Source: Bacillota bacterium
GTDB lineage: Bacteria > Bacillota > UBA994 > UBA5500
Length of the DNA stretch: 64,000 bases
Direction: 5' to 3'
NCBI GenBank assembly: GCA_012735505.1
Contig: JAAYHE010000081.1
Span: forward strand, 9,461-73,460
Every line of letters starts with the position of its first letter. The first letter of the stretch is position 1. Made by a program: the position numbers and the translations under genes. This document shows positions 18,116 to 27,600 of this stretch, piece by piece. The notes below the pieces were generated by a model. It was not told the origin of the DNA and made no database searches. It saw only the letters and a list, made by a program, of their open reading frames with translations.

Positions 18116-19767
18116 CTGCCGTCATCATCTCCTTGCACCAGCTTCATCAGCCGCAGCAAGAGCATTTTTGAGTCGGCTGTTACCTCTCCCAAAAGTCCGG
18201 CTATCTCTTGCGCCACCCGCATTTGTTTGTCAATTACCTCCTGTGCCTTCTCCAAGGTTTCGGCTCGCACAGTGGAAAGCTCGCGCTCCTGCTTTTCCAT
18301 TTTGGTGATATCAGCAATAAACGCCATAATCAGATCCTGTGATTGCGTAGGATTGATATTTTGGAGAGTGACCAAGCCTAGTTTTGGATAAACAACTCTT
18401 TTACCGACAACCCATTCGCCGCTATCGCGCACCTTGCGGAAATCTTCGTCTGGCATGATGCGGCCGACAGGCAATCCAATAACAGATGCAGCTTTCCGCA
18501 CAAACATACGCTCTGCTGCCGGGTTAAACTCTTGAATAATCAAATCTTTGTCGACTACGATAATCGCACTCGGAGCCGACTGGGTAATTAGGTTGGCCAA
18601 TGACTCAGCGCGTGAACGCATGTAGGGCATACACATATCTAGCTCGGCCATGCCATCCAGTACGGCTGCCGCCTTCTCACGACAAGTAGGGTAGCCACAG
18701 GCGCCGCAATTCAGTTCAGCTTCCGGGCTTGTTTTCCCTATTTGTTTAAGTACCTCAAGAATCTCAGCTTCGGTATGAGGAACCGTCTGTATTGGAACCG
18801 GCCTGAAGTCTGCTGCAGTCGACACCTGGGGGAAAGTTGGCGCGGCGGAGCCAGGCGCTGGTAGGGACATTTGGAAGTTGGCTAGCCGCTCCTTCCTTTT
18901 AGCTAAACTCTCTTGGCGGGGCATACCTGGCCCGTCCAAACAGCCGCCCACACAGGCGTTACATTCTACCAAGCTGGCTCTTAAGCCCTCTTTTCGCATA
19001 CCGTGCAAAATATCCATTACCTGTTCTAACCCGTTGGCTCCTAAGACAAGTTGCTCACCCGGTTCTAGATAACGCAGCAAGCCTCCGGCAGTCGGATAAA
19101 GGGCAGCTAACTCCCGATCTAACTCGCACCAAGTACTCGCTGCCAATTGGCTCGGGTTAAGTCCTTCTTCTTCTAACCACTCTGCTACTTCACTATATAG
19201 GAGTACCGCATCGACTAAGCCCGCATGCTCGGGGCGAGCAGCTTCTTCTTTCTTGGCTAAGCAAGGGCCGATAAAGACAATCTGGCAACCCGGGTAATAT
19301 GCCTTAAGTAAGCGCGCATGCGCAATCATTGGGGAGGCCACTGGGGCTAAGAAAGGCACCAGATCGGGATAATAGCCCTCCACCAGTTTGACAAAGGCTG
19401 GACACGCTGTTGTTAACAATGGGTTAGACTGCAGACGGCCCCTGTCTAAGATTTTTTGGTATGCCTTAGAAACTAGCGCCGCCCCCAAGGAGGTTTGACT
19501 AACATGCGCAAAGCCGAGGCGTTTGAGGGCGGTGATTACCTGACCTAAAGACGCACCCGGCCAAGACGCTGCTAATGCTGGTGCGATACTAGCATAGACA
19601 GGCGATTTGGCTTTCAGCATGTTCTTAACTGCCAAGCGATCGCTGATTATCTCTTTAGCCTCTTGTGGACAGACCAAAAGGCAGGTACCACAAGCGATAC
19701 AGCGCTCAGCGTTCACAACCGCCTGACTATCTTTTACCTGAATCGCCTTGACAGGGCATAAGCGCAC
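18112..19767 (-). CDS. Sensory [FeFe]-hydrogenase (HydS/HfsB type), H-cluster domain plus C-terminal PAS
   Basis: N-terminal CIACGTCLLVCP ferredoxin motif. H-cluster motifs TTACPAF (L1, lacks the second Cys), GPCLAKKEE (L2) and ECNACVGGCLDGPGMP (L3). PAS-like C-terminus. Confidence 0.75.
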   Translation of the reverse strand: MRLCPVKAIQVKDSQAVVNAERCIACGTCLLVCPQEAKEIISDRLAVKNMLKAKSPVYASIAPALAASWPGASLGQVITALKRLGFAHVSQTSLGAALVSKAYQKILDRGRLQSNPLLTTACPAFVKLVEGYYPDLVPFLAPVASPMIAHARLLKAYYPGCQIVFIGPCLAKKEEAARPEHAGLVDAVLLYSEVAEWLEEEGLNPSQLAASTWCELDRELAALYPTAGGLLRYLEPGEQLVLGANGLEQVMDILHGMRKEGLRASLVECNACVGGCLDGPGMPRQESLAKRKERLANFQMSLPAPGSAAPTFPQVSTAADFRPVPIQTVPHTEAEILEVLKQIGKTSPEAELNCGACGYPTCREKAAAVLDGMAELDMCMPYMRSRAESLANLITQSAPSAIIVVDKDLIIQEFNPAAERMFVRKAASVIGLPVGRIMPDEDFRKVRDSGEWVVGKRVVYPKLGLVTLQNINPTQSQDLIMAFIADITKMEKQERELSTVRAETLEKAQEVIDKQMRVAQEIAGLLGEVTADSKMLLLRLMKLVQGDDDGR

Positions 19768-19798
19768 GCACTTATAACAGTTCTTGCAGTTGGCTGCT

Positions 19799-20068
19799 TT
19801 AACTCTTAGAACCGCCAGGGGGTATCACCTCCGGCAAGACATATTTTTGCAGTAGCTCTACTACTTCTTGCGGTTGCACACCAAGCACCAGCTGTTCGCC
19901 CACCTGCACCGCAACTCCGTGGGTGCATTGCCCCAAGCAAAAGCCTGCTTTTAGTTCAACCTTGTCTCTGAGGCTAAGCTGTGCGATAGCAGCCTGCAAA
20001 GCCTCAATCACATCATACGATCCTTTCAGGTGACAGGAACTACCGATACACACCCTTATTTGCAGCAC
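19799..20068 (-). CDS. Thioredoxin-like [2Fe-2S] ferredoxin (HfsA-like small subunit)
   Basis: 89 aa; Cys pattern C7-x4-C12 ... C44-x3-C48. Confidence 0.55.
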   Translation of the reverse strand: MLQIRVCIGSSCHLKGSYDVIEALQAAIAQLSLRDKVELKAGFCLGQCTHGVAVQVGEQLVLGVQPQEVVELLQKYVLPEVIPPGGSKS

Positions 20069-20187
20069 GGGCGCACCTCCTTCAACCCCTGCTCAACTGT
20101 TAATATAGAGCGGACCAATAATGATTGCCAGTTAACCAAGCAGAGGGTTGGCGCATTATACCAACCCTCTCAAGTGCCTTCCGCTTT

Positions 20188-20688
20188 CTATTCATATTTG
20201 GCCAAGATCTCGGGAATTTTGTCTGGGGTCAAACGCCCATAGACATCGTCGTTGATAGTCATGACTGGAGCTAGACCACAGGCACCAATGCACCGCGAAA
20301 CTTCCAAGGTAAAGCGAGCATCTTCGGTCGTATCATTGACCTTGATACCAAGCTCTTTTTCAATGGCACTGACCAATTCCGCTGCGCCTCGTACATAGCA
20401 GGCAGTACCTAAGCAAACTGCGATGCGATATTTGCCCCGGGGTTTCAAAGAGAAGTAAGAATAGAAAGTGGTTACGCCATAGACCTCGGACAAGGGCAGA
20501 TCGAGTTCTTTGGCTACAATCTTCTGCACGTCCTCCGGCAAATATCCGAAAATCTCTTGTGCCCGATGCAGAACCATGATCAAGGCACCTTCCATATCCC
20601 GATACTGTTCGATAACCTGGGCTAGCTCTTGATAGCGGGGGTCTGTCGTCGTATTCGAGCTGCAGCCAGCACATTTCTTTTCATCCAT
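20188..20688 (-). CDS. hydC: NuoE-like [2Fe-2S] subunit of bifurcating hydrogenase (HydC/HndA)
   Basis: CLGTACYVRG and CIGACGLAP match the NuoE/HydC cluster-binding motifs. Confidence 0.8.
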   Translation of the reverse strand: MDEKKCAGCSSNTTTDPRYQELAQVIEQYRDMEGALIMVLHRAQEIFGYLPEDVQKIVAKELDLPLSEVYGVTTFYSYFSLKPRGKYRIAVCLGTACYVRGAAELVSAIEKELGIKVNDTTEDARFTLEVSRCIGACGLAPVMTINDDVYGRLTPDKIPEILAKYE

Positions 20689-20703
20689 TGCCGTTCCTCC
20701 TCC

Positions 20704-22428
20704 TTAGTATCGCGAACGCGCTTGATAATGGGTATGCAACAACTGATGTGCCTTTTCGCCATTCGGCTCGCCTAAGAAACTGCGATATAGTTCCTTGACT
20801 GCCGGATTCTCATGCGACTTACGCACTTTCTTCAGCATATCTTGTCGGTATAGGGCGGCAGCTCGATGCATGCGGATCTCAGGATCAGTAGACAAGGGCT
20901 GGCCACCACCGCCGATACAGCCGCCAGGACAACCCATAATCTCGATGAAGTGGTATTCGGCTTCTCCAGCCTTAATACTATCCAGCAAGCGCTTGGCATG
21001 GGCCAAGCCATTAGCAATCGCTATGCGCACGGGCTGGCCGGCAATCCGGATAGTTGCTTCGCGTACACCAGCGAAACCTCGTACCTGCTGGAACTCCAAA
21101 CTCGGAAGTTCTTCACCATCAAGGATTTCTGCAACTGTCCGCAAAGCCGCCTCCATAACGCCGCCAGTAACGCCGAAAATGGTACCAGCTCCGGTAGACA
21201 TGCCCATGGGCAGCTCAAATTCACTATCAGGTAAGTTGGCAAAATCAATACCAGCTTCTCGGATCATGCTGGCTAGCTCGCGTGTGGTAATAACGGCGTC
21301 GACATCACGATAGCCACTAGACTGCATCTCTTCCCGGGCGGCCTCGCTCTTTTTAGCTGTACAGGGCATGACAGAAACCGAGAAAATATTAGCTGGATTA
21401 ATGTTTGCTCGCTCAGCATAGTAGGTCTTCGCCAAAACGCCGAACATCTGTTGCGGTGACTTACAGGTGGATACGTGGGGCAACATTTCTGGATAGAAAC
21501 GTTCGCAATAGCCCACCCAGCCCGGGCTACAAGAGGTAATCAGCGGCAAGTTAACGTTATTCTTGAGCCGATGGATAAATTCGTGACCTTCTTCAATTAT
21601 GGTAAGATCGGCTGCAAACTGTGTATCGAATATCTGGTCAAAGCCCAGTTGACGCAAGGCAGTCACTGTCTTGCCCGTCACTAAAGAGCCTGGACGCATA
21701 CCGAACTCCTCGCCTAACGCTGCCCGTACAGCAGGTGCTACTTGCACCACTACATGCGCCTGGGGATCGTGTAAGGCACCCCAAACCCGCTCGGTATCGT
21801 CTTTCTCGCGTAGAGCTGCCACCGGGCAAACGTTGATGCATTGTCCGCAACCGACACAAGGGCCATCGGCTAAGCCTTTGTTAAAAGGTGTGGTAACGAT
21901 GCTGCTGGACCCTCGATTAGCAACACCAATAGCACTCACAGCCTGGGTTTCAGCACAAACACGTACACAACGACCACACAGAACGCACTTATTAGGATCT
22001 CGCACAATCGAATGACTACTTTCATCAACCGCCATATCACGTTTTCCTCCGGTGAAACGCACTTGACGAATTCCTAGCTGCCGCGACAAATCTTGTAGTT
22101 CACACTCGCCGTGGCGGCTACATACTAAACAATCCATCGGATGATTAGCTATGAGCAGTTCTAAGACCGTCTTGCGAGCCCGACGCACACTTTCCGAATT
22201 TGTCTTAACCACCATGTTGTCGGCCACCGGATAAACGCAAGAGGCAACTAAGTTCCGCAACCCTTCGACTTCTACCACACAAATGCGGCAGGCGCCTTCC
22301 AGCCGCAGTTCGGGATGATAGCAAAGGGTGGGGATATGAACACCGATTTTTTGGGCTGCTTCTAAAATAGTCGTGCCAGCCTCAACTTCCACAGGTTTGT
22401 TATCAATCGTCAGTTTGATACGTTCCAT
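20704..22428 (-). CDS. hydA: [FeFe]-hydrogenase catalytic subunit HydA (NuoG-like N-terminus plus H-cluster)
   Basis: 574 aa. 2Fe-2S and 4Fe-4S N-terminal motifs (CYHPELRLEGACRICVVEV; CVGCGQCINVCP). H-cluster motifs TSCSPGW and FIEIMGCPGGCIGGGGQP. Confidence 0.9.
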   Translation of the reverse strand: MERIKLTIDNKPVEVEAGTTILEAAQKIGVHIPTLCYHPELRLEGACRICVVEVEGLRNLVASCVYPVADNMVVKTNSESVRRARKTVLELLIANHPMDCLVCSRHGECELQDLSRQLGIRQVRFTGGKRDMAVDESSHSIVRDPNKCVLCGRCVRVCAETQAVSAIGVANRGSSSIVTTPFNKGLADGPCVGCGQCINVCPVAALREKDDTERVWGALHDPQAHVVVQVAPAVRAALGEEFGMRPGSLVTGKTVTALRQLGFDQIFDTQFAADLTIIEEGHEFIHRLKNNVNLPLITSCSPGWVGYCERFYPEMLPHVSTCKSPQQMFGVLAKTYYAERANINPANIFSVSVMPCTAKKSEAAREEMQSSGYRDVDAVITTRELASMIREAGIDFANLPDSEFELPMGMSTGAGTIFGVTGGVMEAALRTVAEILDGEELPSLEFQQVRGFAGVREATIRIAGQPVRIAIANGLAHAKRLLDSIKAGEAEYHFIEIMGCPGGCIGGGGQPLSTDPEIRMHRAAALYRQDMLKKVRKSHENPAVKELYRSFLGEPNGEKAHQLLHTHYQARSRY

Positions 22429-22449
22429 GTCCCTTTACACTCTCCTTTC

Positions 22450-24240
22450 CTAGCGGCTGATAGCCTTAAATGGGCATTTTGCCACACAGGCGCCACATTT
22501 GATGCATTTATCCTTATCGATAGTATGGGGTTGACGCAAGTCGCCACTGATGGCATCAACAGGACATACCTTCTTACAAAGGCCACATCCCTTACATTTC
22601 TCCGCCACAATCGCATATGAGAGCAGGGCCTGGCAAACACCAGCGGGACAGCGCTTCTCATAAATATGAGCCTCATATTCATCGCGGAAGAACTTCAAGG
22701 TAGCTAATACCGGGTTCGGCGCCGTTTGACCCAAACCGCATAATGACGTCCTCGAAATAACCTCTGCCAATTCCTCCAGCAACTCGATATCGCCGGCAAC
22801 TCCCTCGCCATTGGTAATCCGTTCGAGAATTTCAAGCATGCGCTTGGTACCTTCACGGCAAGGAACACACTTACCACAGGATTCATCTTGGGTGAACTCG
22901 AGGAAAAAGCGAGCTACGTCGACCATACAGTTATCTTCATCCATGACGATCAATCCGCCCGATCCCATCATCGAGCCAGCAGCAGTTAAGGAATCATAAT
23001 CAACCGGGGTATCTAGGAGCTCCGCCGGCAAACAACCGCCAGATGGGCCGCCTGTTTGACAAGCCTTAAAAGCTTTGCCACCCGGAATACCGCCACCTAT
23101 GTCGTAAACGATCTCCCGCAAAGTCGTCCCCATAGGCACTTCCACCAAGCCTGTATTATTGATGTTGCCAGCTAGAGCAAAAACTTTTGTACCCGGACTT
23201 GTGTCTGTACCTATGGACTTGAACTTAGCAGGGCCATGCAGGATAATCACAGGTATATTGGCAAAGGTTTCTACGTTATTGATTAAGGTCGGTTTACCCC
23301 AGAGCCCTTTCACAGCTGGATAAGGCGGTCGTGGTCGTGGCGTTCCCCGATGCCCTTCAATGGAGGTTAGTAAGGCAGTTTCTTCGCCACAGACAAAAGC
23401 ACCGGCACCTAGGCGAATACCTAGATCAAAATCAAAGCCACTGCCAAAAATGTTTTTGCCCAGCAAGCCTAACTCTCGTGCCTGCTTAATCGCTATAGAA
23501 AGTCTCTCCACGGCTATCGGGTATTCAGCCCGAACATATACATAACCTTGCTTGGCTCCGATGGCATATCCAGCAATGGCCATGGCTTCCACTACACTAT
23601 GGGGATCACCCTCCAAAATACTACGGTCCATGAAGGCTCCCGGATCACCTTCGTCGGCATTACAGACCACATATTTGATGTCACCCTGGGCAACCCTAGC
23701 AAACTCCCATTTGCGCCCTGCTGGGAAGCCTCCGCCGCCACGTCCCCGCAAACCTGACTCGCTCACCATCTCAATGACTTGGGTCGGGGTCATCTGCGTA
23801 ACCGCCTTAGCTAAGGCCTGATAACCATCGCGGGCAATATATTCTTCTATACTCTCGGGATTGATTTTGCCGCAGTTACGGAGTGCCACTCGCTGCTGCT
23901 TCTGGTAAAATCCGATATCGTTAAATAAGCTAATTGCTCGCTCTGAGACGGGCTCTTTATATAATAAACGCTCTACTATGCGGCCTTTCAGCAAATGTTC
24001 ACTGACCAGTTCTTCTACATCTTCCGGCTTTACCTGGCAGTAAAAGGTCCCTTCTGGATAGACCATGACAATCGGGCCCTCTTTACAAAAGCCGAAGCAA
24101 CCAGTTTCTACAACCTTGATCTCACTAGATAAGCCATGGCGTTCTAAGGCCTGCTGCATTGCCTCTTGCATCATTTTACAGCCGGAAGAAACACAGCCAG
24201 TTCCGGCGCAAACTAGAACGTGAGAACGAATCAGACCCAT
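22450..24240 (-). CDS. hydB: NuoF-like NAD(P)H-binding, FMN and Fe-S subunit (HydB/HndC)
   Basis: 596 aa. N-terminal thioredoxin-like 2Fe-2S (CAGTGCVSSGC), GGGGFPAG FMN/NADH site, C-terminal 2x[4Fe-4S] (CKGCGLCKKVCP; CIKCGACVAKCP). Confidence 0.9.
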   Translation of the reverse strand: MGLIRSHVLVCAGTGCVSSGCKMMQEAMQQALERHGLSSEIKVVETGCFGFCKEGPIVMVYPEGTFYCQVKPEDVEELVSEHLLKGRIVERLLYKEPVSERAISLFNDIGFYQKQQRVALRNCGKINPESIEEYIARDGYQALAKAVTQMTPTQVIEMVSESGLRGRGGGGFPAGRKWEFARVAQGDIKYVVCNADEGDPGAFMDRSILEGDPHSVVEAMAIAGYAIGAKQGYVYVRAEYPIAVERLSIAIKQARELGLLGKNIFGSGFDFDLGIRLGAGAFVCGEETALLTSIEGHRGTPRPRPPYPAVKGLWGKPTLINNVETFANIPVIILHGPAKFKSIGTDTSPGTKVFALAGNINNTGLVEVPMGTTLREIVYDIGGGIPGGKAFKACQTGGPSGGCLPAELLDTPVDYDSLTAAGSMMGSGGLIVMDEDNCMVDVARFFLEFTQDESCGKCVPCREGTKRMLEILERITNGEGVAGDIELLEELAEVISRTSLCGLGQTAPNPVLATLKFFRDEYEAHIYEKRCPAGVCQALLSYAIVAEKCKGCGLCKKVCPVDAISGDLRQPHTIDKDKCIKCGACVAKCPFKAISR

Positions 24241-24268
24241 CTAACTCACCTCCATTTTGTTACCGGAA

Positions 24269-24607
24269 CTAGGCATTCTCGGCAGTGCCGACTTTGTCTG
24301 CCAAGTCCTTAACAATCTCCCGTATTTTGCTGGCTGTTACCGAAGTGAAGGTAATTTCCTCTCCGTCAGCTCCAATGAATCTTACGACAGGCATTTGCTC
24401 AGCAGGTACTGACAGGTCCTCCCCTACCACCACCATGTCCAGTCCAAGCGTGTTCACCACTTCCATGGCTGCAGCCATAATCTCGCGGGCTCCAGCAGCG
24501 ATCCCTACCGTGCCCACCCCTACAACCAGGCGATTGTGGGGTTCTCTAATTAACAGTTCTTTGCGAACACGGTCCCGGATGGAGTTCAACTGGGCAACTG
24601 TCATCAT
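24269..24607 (-). CDS. HndB-like thioredoxin-fold small protein without cysteines (first gene of the hydrogenase operon)
   Basis: About 113 aa from MMTVAQ. No Cys, so no Fe-S cluster is predicted. Position matches HndB-like genes in hyd operons. Confidence 0.45.
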   Translation of the reverse strand: MMTVAQLNSIRDRVRKELLIREPHNRLVVGVGTVGIAAGAREIMAAAMEVVNTLGLDMVVVGEDLSVPAEQMPVVRFIGADGEEITFTSVTASKIREIVKDLADKVGTAENA

Positions 24608-24856
24608 CACTCCCGACCTCCTCAGGCAATAATCCGACTCTTTGCAGTAATGAATTATTTTTGTGAAAAAAATATCAAACTCACGGTAAAAAAAACAACG
24701 AGAGATTGATATTCTATTCACATGCATTGTAACATGTTTAAGAAAACACCGTCAATAGCTCTATAAACAATAAACATATTGTTACAAGATTATAACGAAA
24801 CACTAGCATCAAAAAAGGAAAAACCTGCTCTCCCGCATAGGAGGCAGGTTGTTCTT

Positions 24857-25489
24857 TTAGCCACTTTGAGCTATATAGTACGACAAGGCCAATAAGCCCA
24901 CACTCAGATTCTCTTGCCGTACCTCAACTTCAGGCGGGGCTTCAATACGAACAGGAGCAAAATTCCAGATAGCACGTACGCCTGCCGAGACTAACTGGGT
25001 CGCAACCTCCTGCGCCGCAGCAGCAGGCACCGTTATCACTCCAATTTTAACCCCTAATGAACGGACAACTTCTGGAATATATTCTGCTGCCAGCACTTGC
25101 TGACCAGCCACTTCTGTACCAATCTTTGCTGGATCGGAATCAAAGATTGCCGCTAAGATGAAACCATATTCCTGAAAACCTTCGTATCTAGCTAGCGCCT
25201 GCCCCAGGTTACCAGCTCCTACAATAGCTAGTTTGTTGGGGCAATCTACGCCTAATATTTCTGTTATCTGTTGAATCAGTTCAGACACGTCATAACCAAC
25301 GCCACGCCGGCCAAATTCTCCGAAATACGATAAGTCTTTGCGGATCTGTACCGAAGTAATGCCTAGTATCCGTCCTAGTTCTTCTGAAGATATTACTTCT
25401 ACGCCGTTTTCATCAAGTTGAGTTAACGACCGCAAATATATCGGCAGTCTTTCTATTGTTGGTCGCGGAATCAAGACGAATTTGCCCAT
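24857..25489 (-). CDS. rex: Redox-sensing transcriptional repressor Rex
   Basis: PRPTIERLPIYLRSL..ISSEELG (winged helix) plus Rossmann AIVGAGNLGQALA. Start at MGKF. Confidence 0.85.
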   Translation of the reverse strand: MGKFVLIPRPTIERLPIYLRSLTQLDENGVEVISSEELGRILGITSVQIRKDLSYFGEFGRRGVGYDVSELIQQITEILGVDCPNKLAIVGAGNLGQALARYEGFQEYGFILAAIFDSDPAKIGTEVAGQQVLAAEYIPEVVRSLGVKIGVITVPAAAAQEVATQLVSAGVRAIWNFAPVRIEAPPEVEVRQENLSVGLLALSYYIAQSG

Positions 25490-25528
25490 TGCGTGCCCTC
25501 CTTTCTGGAAAACAGGCTGCGGCAATAT

Positions 25529-26881
25529 CTATTCGGCGTAAGGGTCTACGTCAGTTAGGGTGTCATCATGCTCGGGCTGGTGTTCGGGCAGTTTTCTTAA
25601 CACCTCTGCTAGCTGAGGTCCAGTATCTCGACTTCCTGTTTCAGCAAGTTTTGCTAAAGCTGCCTCTGCTTCTGCTTGCAGCATCAGCGTAAATATACCC
25701 GTACCAGCATACTTCTTGTCACCGGCACGAATTTCGCCTACATGCTTTTCTACGTGGTCGGCCAAGGCGTTGGCACCCGCTACCAAGAAGTGGGTGTTAA
25801 CATTATTTTTGCCCACCAGTCCGCGCACAACCGAGGCAGCACCAGTCCCCCCGTGTTGGGCGAACGGTATGTAGCGCCCACAGCCTAAGAATAGCTGACG
25901 CTGCACCACTAGCAAGCGTTCCCGATCTGGCTCATGCTTAACATCCTTCAAAGCAGCATGTTCCATACCGATAGGATAAGCAATTGCGTCGGCTCCAGTA
26001 TATTGAATAAAGCAGGCTACTTGCTCGGCAAAATGCTGGAGGCGCTCGCCAGTCAGCCGTTCATACGGTATCGCCTCGCCCCTTTGGCCGGTAGCGCCGA
26101 ACTCGGCTTCTATCATCATGTCAGTGTTGCCCAGAACTACCCGCACGCCGTCCACAATCTCTCTGGTAACGACGAAGTCGAGAATGGGCGGTAGTTTTTC
26201 TGTGTCAATCATACCCCATGCTGGCCGCACTGCTTGCACTACCGCCAGGAAGTCACGGCGGAACTTTATATATTCGGGGCTAACAAGATAAGAAACATAG
26301 CGCTCCAACGTCTCTTCTGTCAGATCGGCTTCTTCTCCGAAAAGGTCCCGCATATACTCGGCAGCATGAAGAACCCGGACCTTGGCTATTTGTCTCGCAA
26401 GGGAATCGGCGTTCGACTGGGTAACAGGGTCACTTTCATCATACTTAGGAACTTGAAAGTGGTCCAGTGCAACAGCCATATATTTGGCGCCATAAGTTGC
26501 GGCGTAACTATTGATTAATGCTACTGCCTGCCGCGCCCCTACTACCACCGGAGCCTCTGTCTGGTGAACACGGACACCAGGTAAGGGACGAATACGCCCT
26601 GCGGCATTGCCGATGGTTTCAGCTGAATTATAACTTAGCTGCACGATCATAGGCGACTGTTCCCCAGCCGCCGCAGCCATAGCAAAAGCTCTGGCTTGAA
26701 TTTCTACCGGTAAGTTGACATTGGCTGCAAGAATAGTTACGCGCGACCCTTCGTCTAATAGATTGCCCTCCTGGTCGAAAGGACAAAAATGCTGGAATAC
26801 AGCACGTAATTCGCGTCCGCTCAATAGCATCTGTAATCCCTCCTTCAAACGAACGAGGGCTGGCGCCCTCGTAATCGTCAA
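25529..26881 (-). CDS. Class II (metal-dependent) ketose-bisphosphate aldolase superfamily protein, 450 aa (GatZ/KbaZ-like length)
   Basis: MIVQLSYNS, VALDHFQVP, EAEFG and HGGTGAA parallel the ILQ.S / HLDHG / E.E.G / HGGSG blocks of class II aldolases. Ends 3 nt before rex. Confidence 0.4.
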   Translation of the reverse strand: MTITRAPALVRLKEGLQMLLSGRELRAVFQHFCPFDQEGNLLDEGSRVTILAANVNLPVEIQARAFAMAAAAGEQSPMIVQLSYNSAETIGNAAGRIRPLPGVRVHQTEAPVVVGARQAVALINSYAATYGAKYMAVALDHFQVPKYDESDPVTQSNADSLARQIAKVRVLHAAEYMRDLFGEEADLTEETLERYVSYLVSPEYIKFRRDFLAVVQAVRPAWGMIDTEKLPPILDFVVTREIVDGVRVVLGNTDMMIEAEFGATGQRGEAIPYERLTGERLQHFAEQVACFIQYTGADAIAYPIGMEHAALKDVKHEPDRERLLVVQRQLFLGCGRYIPFAQHGGTGAASVVRGLVGKNNVNTHFLVAGANALADHVEKHVGEIRAGDKKYAGTGIFTLMLQAEAEAALAKLAETGSRDTGPQLAEVLRKLPEHQPEHDDTLTDVDPYAE

Positions 26882-26957
26882 CTTTTGATTTCAACACGAC
26901 TTTTGCCCATTCCTACACAATGCGGTGTTAGGAACTTGGCCAGAATTAACCTCCTGC

Positions 26958-27539
26958 TTATACTCGATCTAAGTACTCGTTGGTACGAGTGTCAATGCGA
27001 ATTTTGTCGCCGATGTTAATAAAAAAGGGCACGTTAACTACAAGCCCCGTCTCCATTGTGGCGGGTTTACTACCACCTGCTGCTGTGTCGCCCTTTACTC
27101 CGGGAGCGGTATCAGCGACTACTAATTCAACATAGTAAGGTAACTCGATACCGATAATCCGGCCAGAATACATAATCACGGTGATAGTTTCGTTCTCTTT
27201 AAGGTATTTTATGTCGTCCCCGATAATGTCCCGTGAAATGTTTATTTGCTCGTAGGTTTCTGTATCCATGAAAGTGTAGAAATCTCCAGCATCATAAAGA
27301 TACTGCATTTCCTTACGCTCGACATGGGCACGATTTACTTTTTCTCCAGCTCGGAAAGTGCGCTCTTGTACACCACCTGTCTCCACATTCTTTAGCTTGG
27401 CACGAACAAAGGCAGCACCTTTACCCGGTTTTACATGCTGAAACTCTACCACCGAATAGACGACACCATCTAATTCAATAGTCAATCCGTTACGAAATTC
27501 GTTAGTCGAAATCAAGCCTGCTACCTCCTTAATCGTCAA
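26958..27539 (-). CDS. efp: Elongation factor P
   Basis: [42 protein letters not shown] is the canonical EF-P N-terminus, including the KPGKG loop. The first 8 aa of the ORF may be extra. Confidence 0.85.
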   Translation of the reverse strand: MTIKEVAGLISTNEFRNGLTIELDGVVYSVVEFQHVKPGKGAAFVRAKLKNVETGGVQERTFRAGEKVNRAHVERKEMQYLYDAGDFYTFMDTETYEQINISRDIIGDDIKYLKENETITVIMYSGRIIGIELPYYVELVVADTAPGVKGDTAAGGSKPATMETGLVVNVPFFINIGDKIRIDTRTNEYLDRV

Positions 27540-27600
27540 CTACTAGAGCATACTAACCCAGGATGGGTAGAGATTATCGCATACGTTTGATGCTTCATGC

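Noticed and set aside
20795-21313. Plus-strand ORFs of 100-170 aa lying antisense inside hydA, and similar antisense ORFs inside xseA (1516..1830), alaS (54485..54837), pilM (36995..37375) and spoIIIAD (7269..7667)
   Set aside because: They are shadow ORFs opposite strongly supported CDSs. They have low-complexity or Ala/Arg/Pro-rich composition typical of antisense frames in roughly 52% GC DNA, no RBS, and no recognisable motifs.
24640-24800. Rex-like half-sites upstream of the hydrogenase operon
   Set aside because: None forms the 18-bp palindrome with correct 4-nt central spacing. Recorded only as a question, not annotated as an operator.
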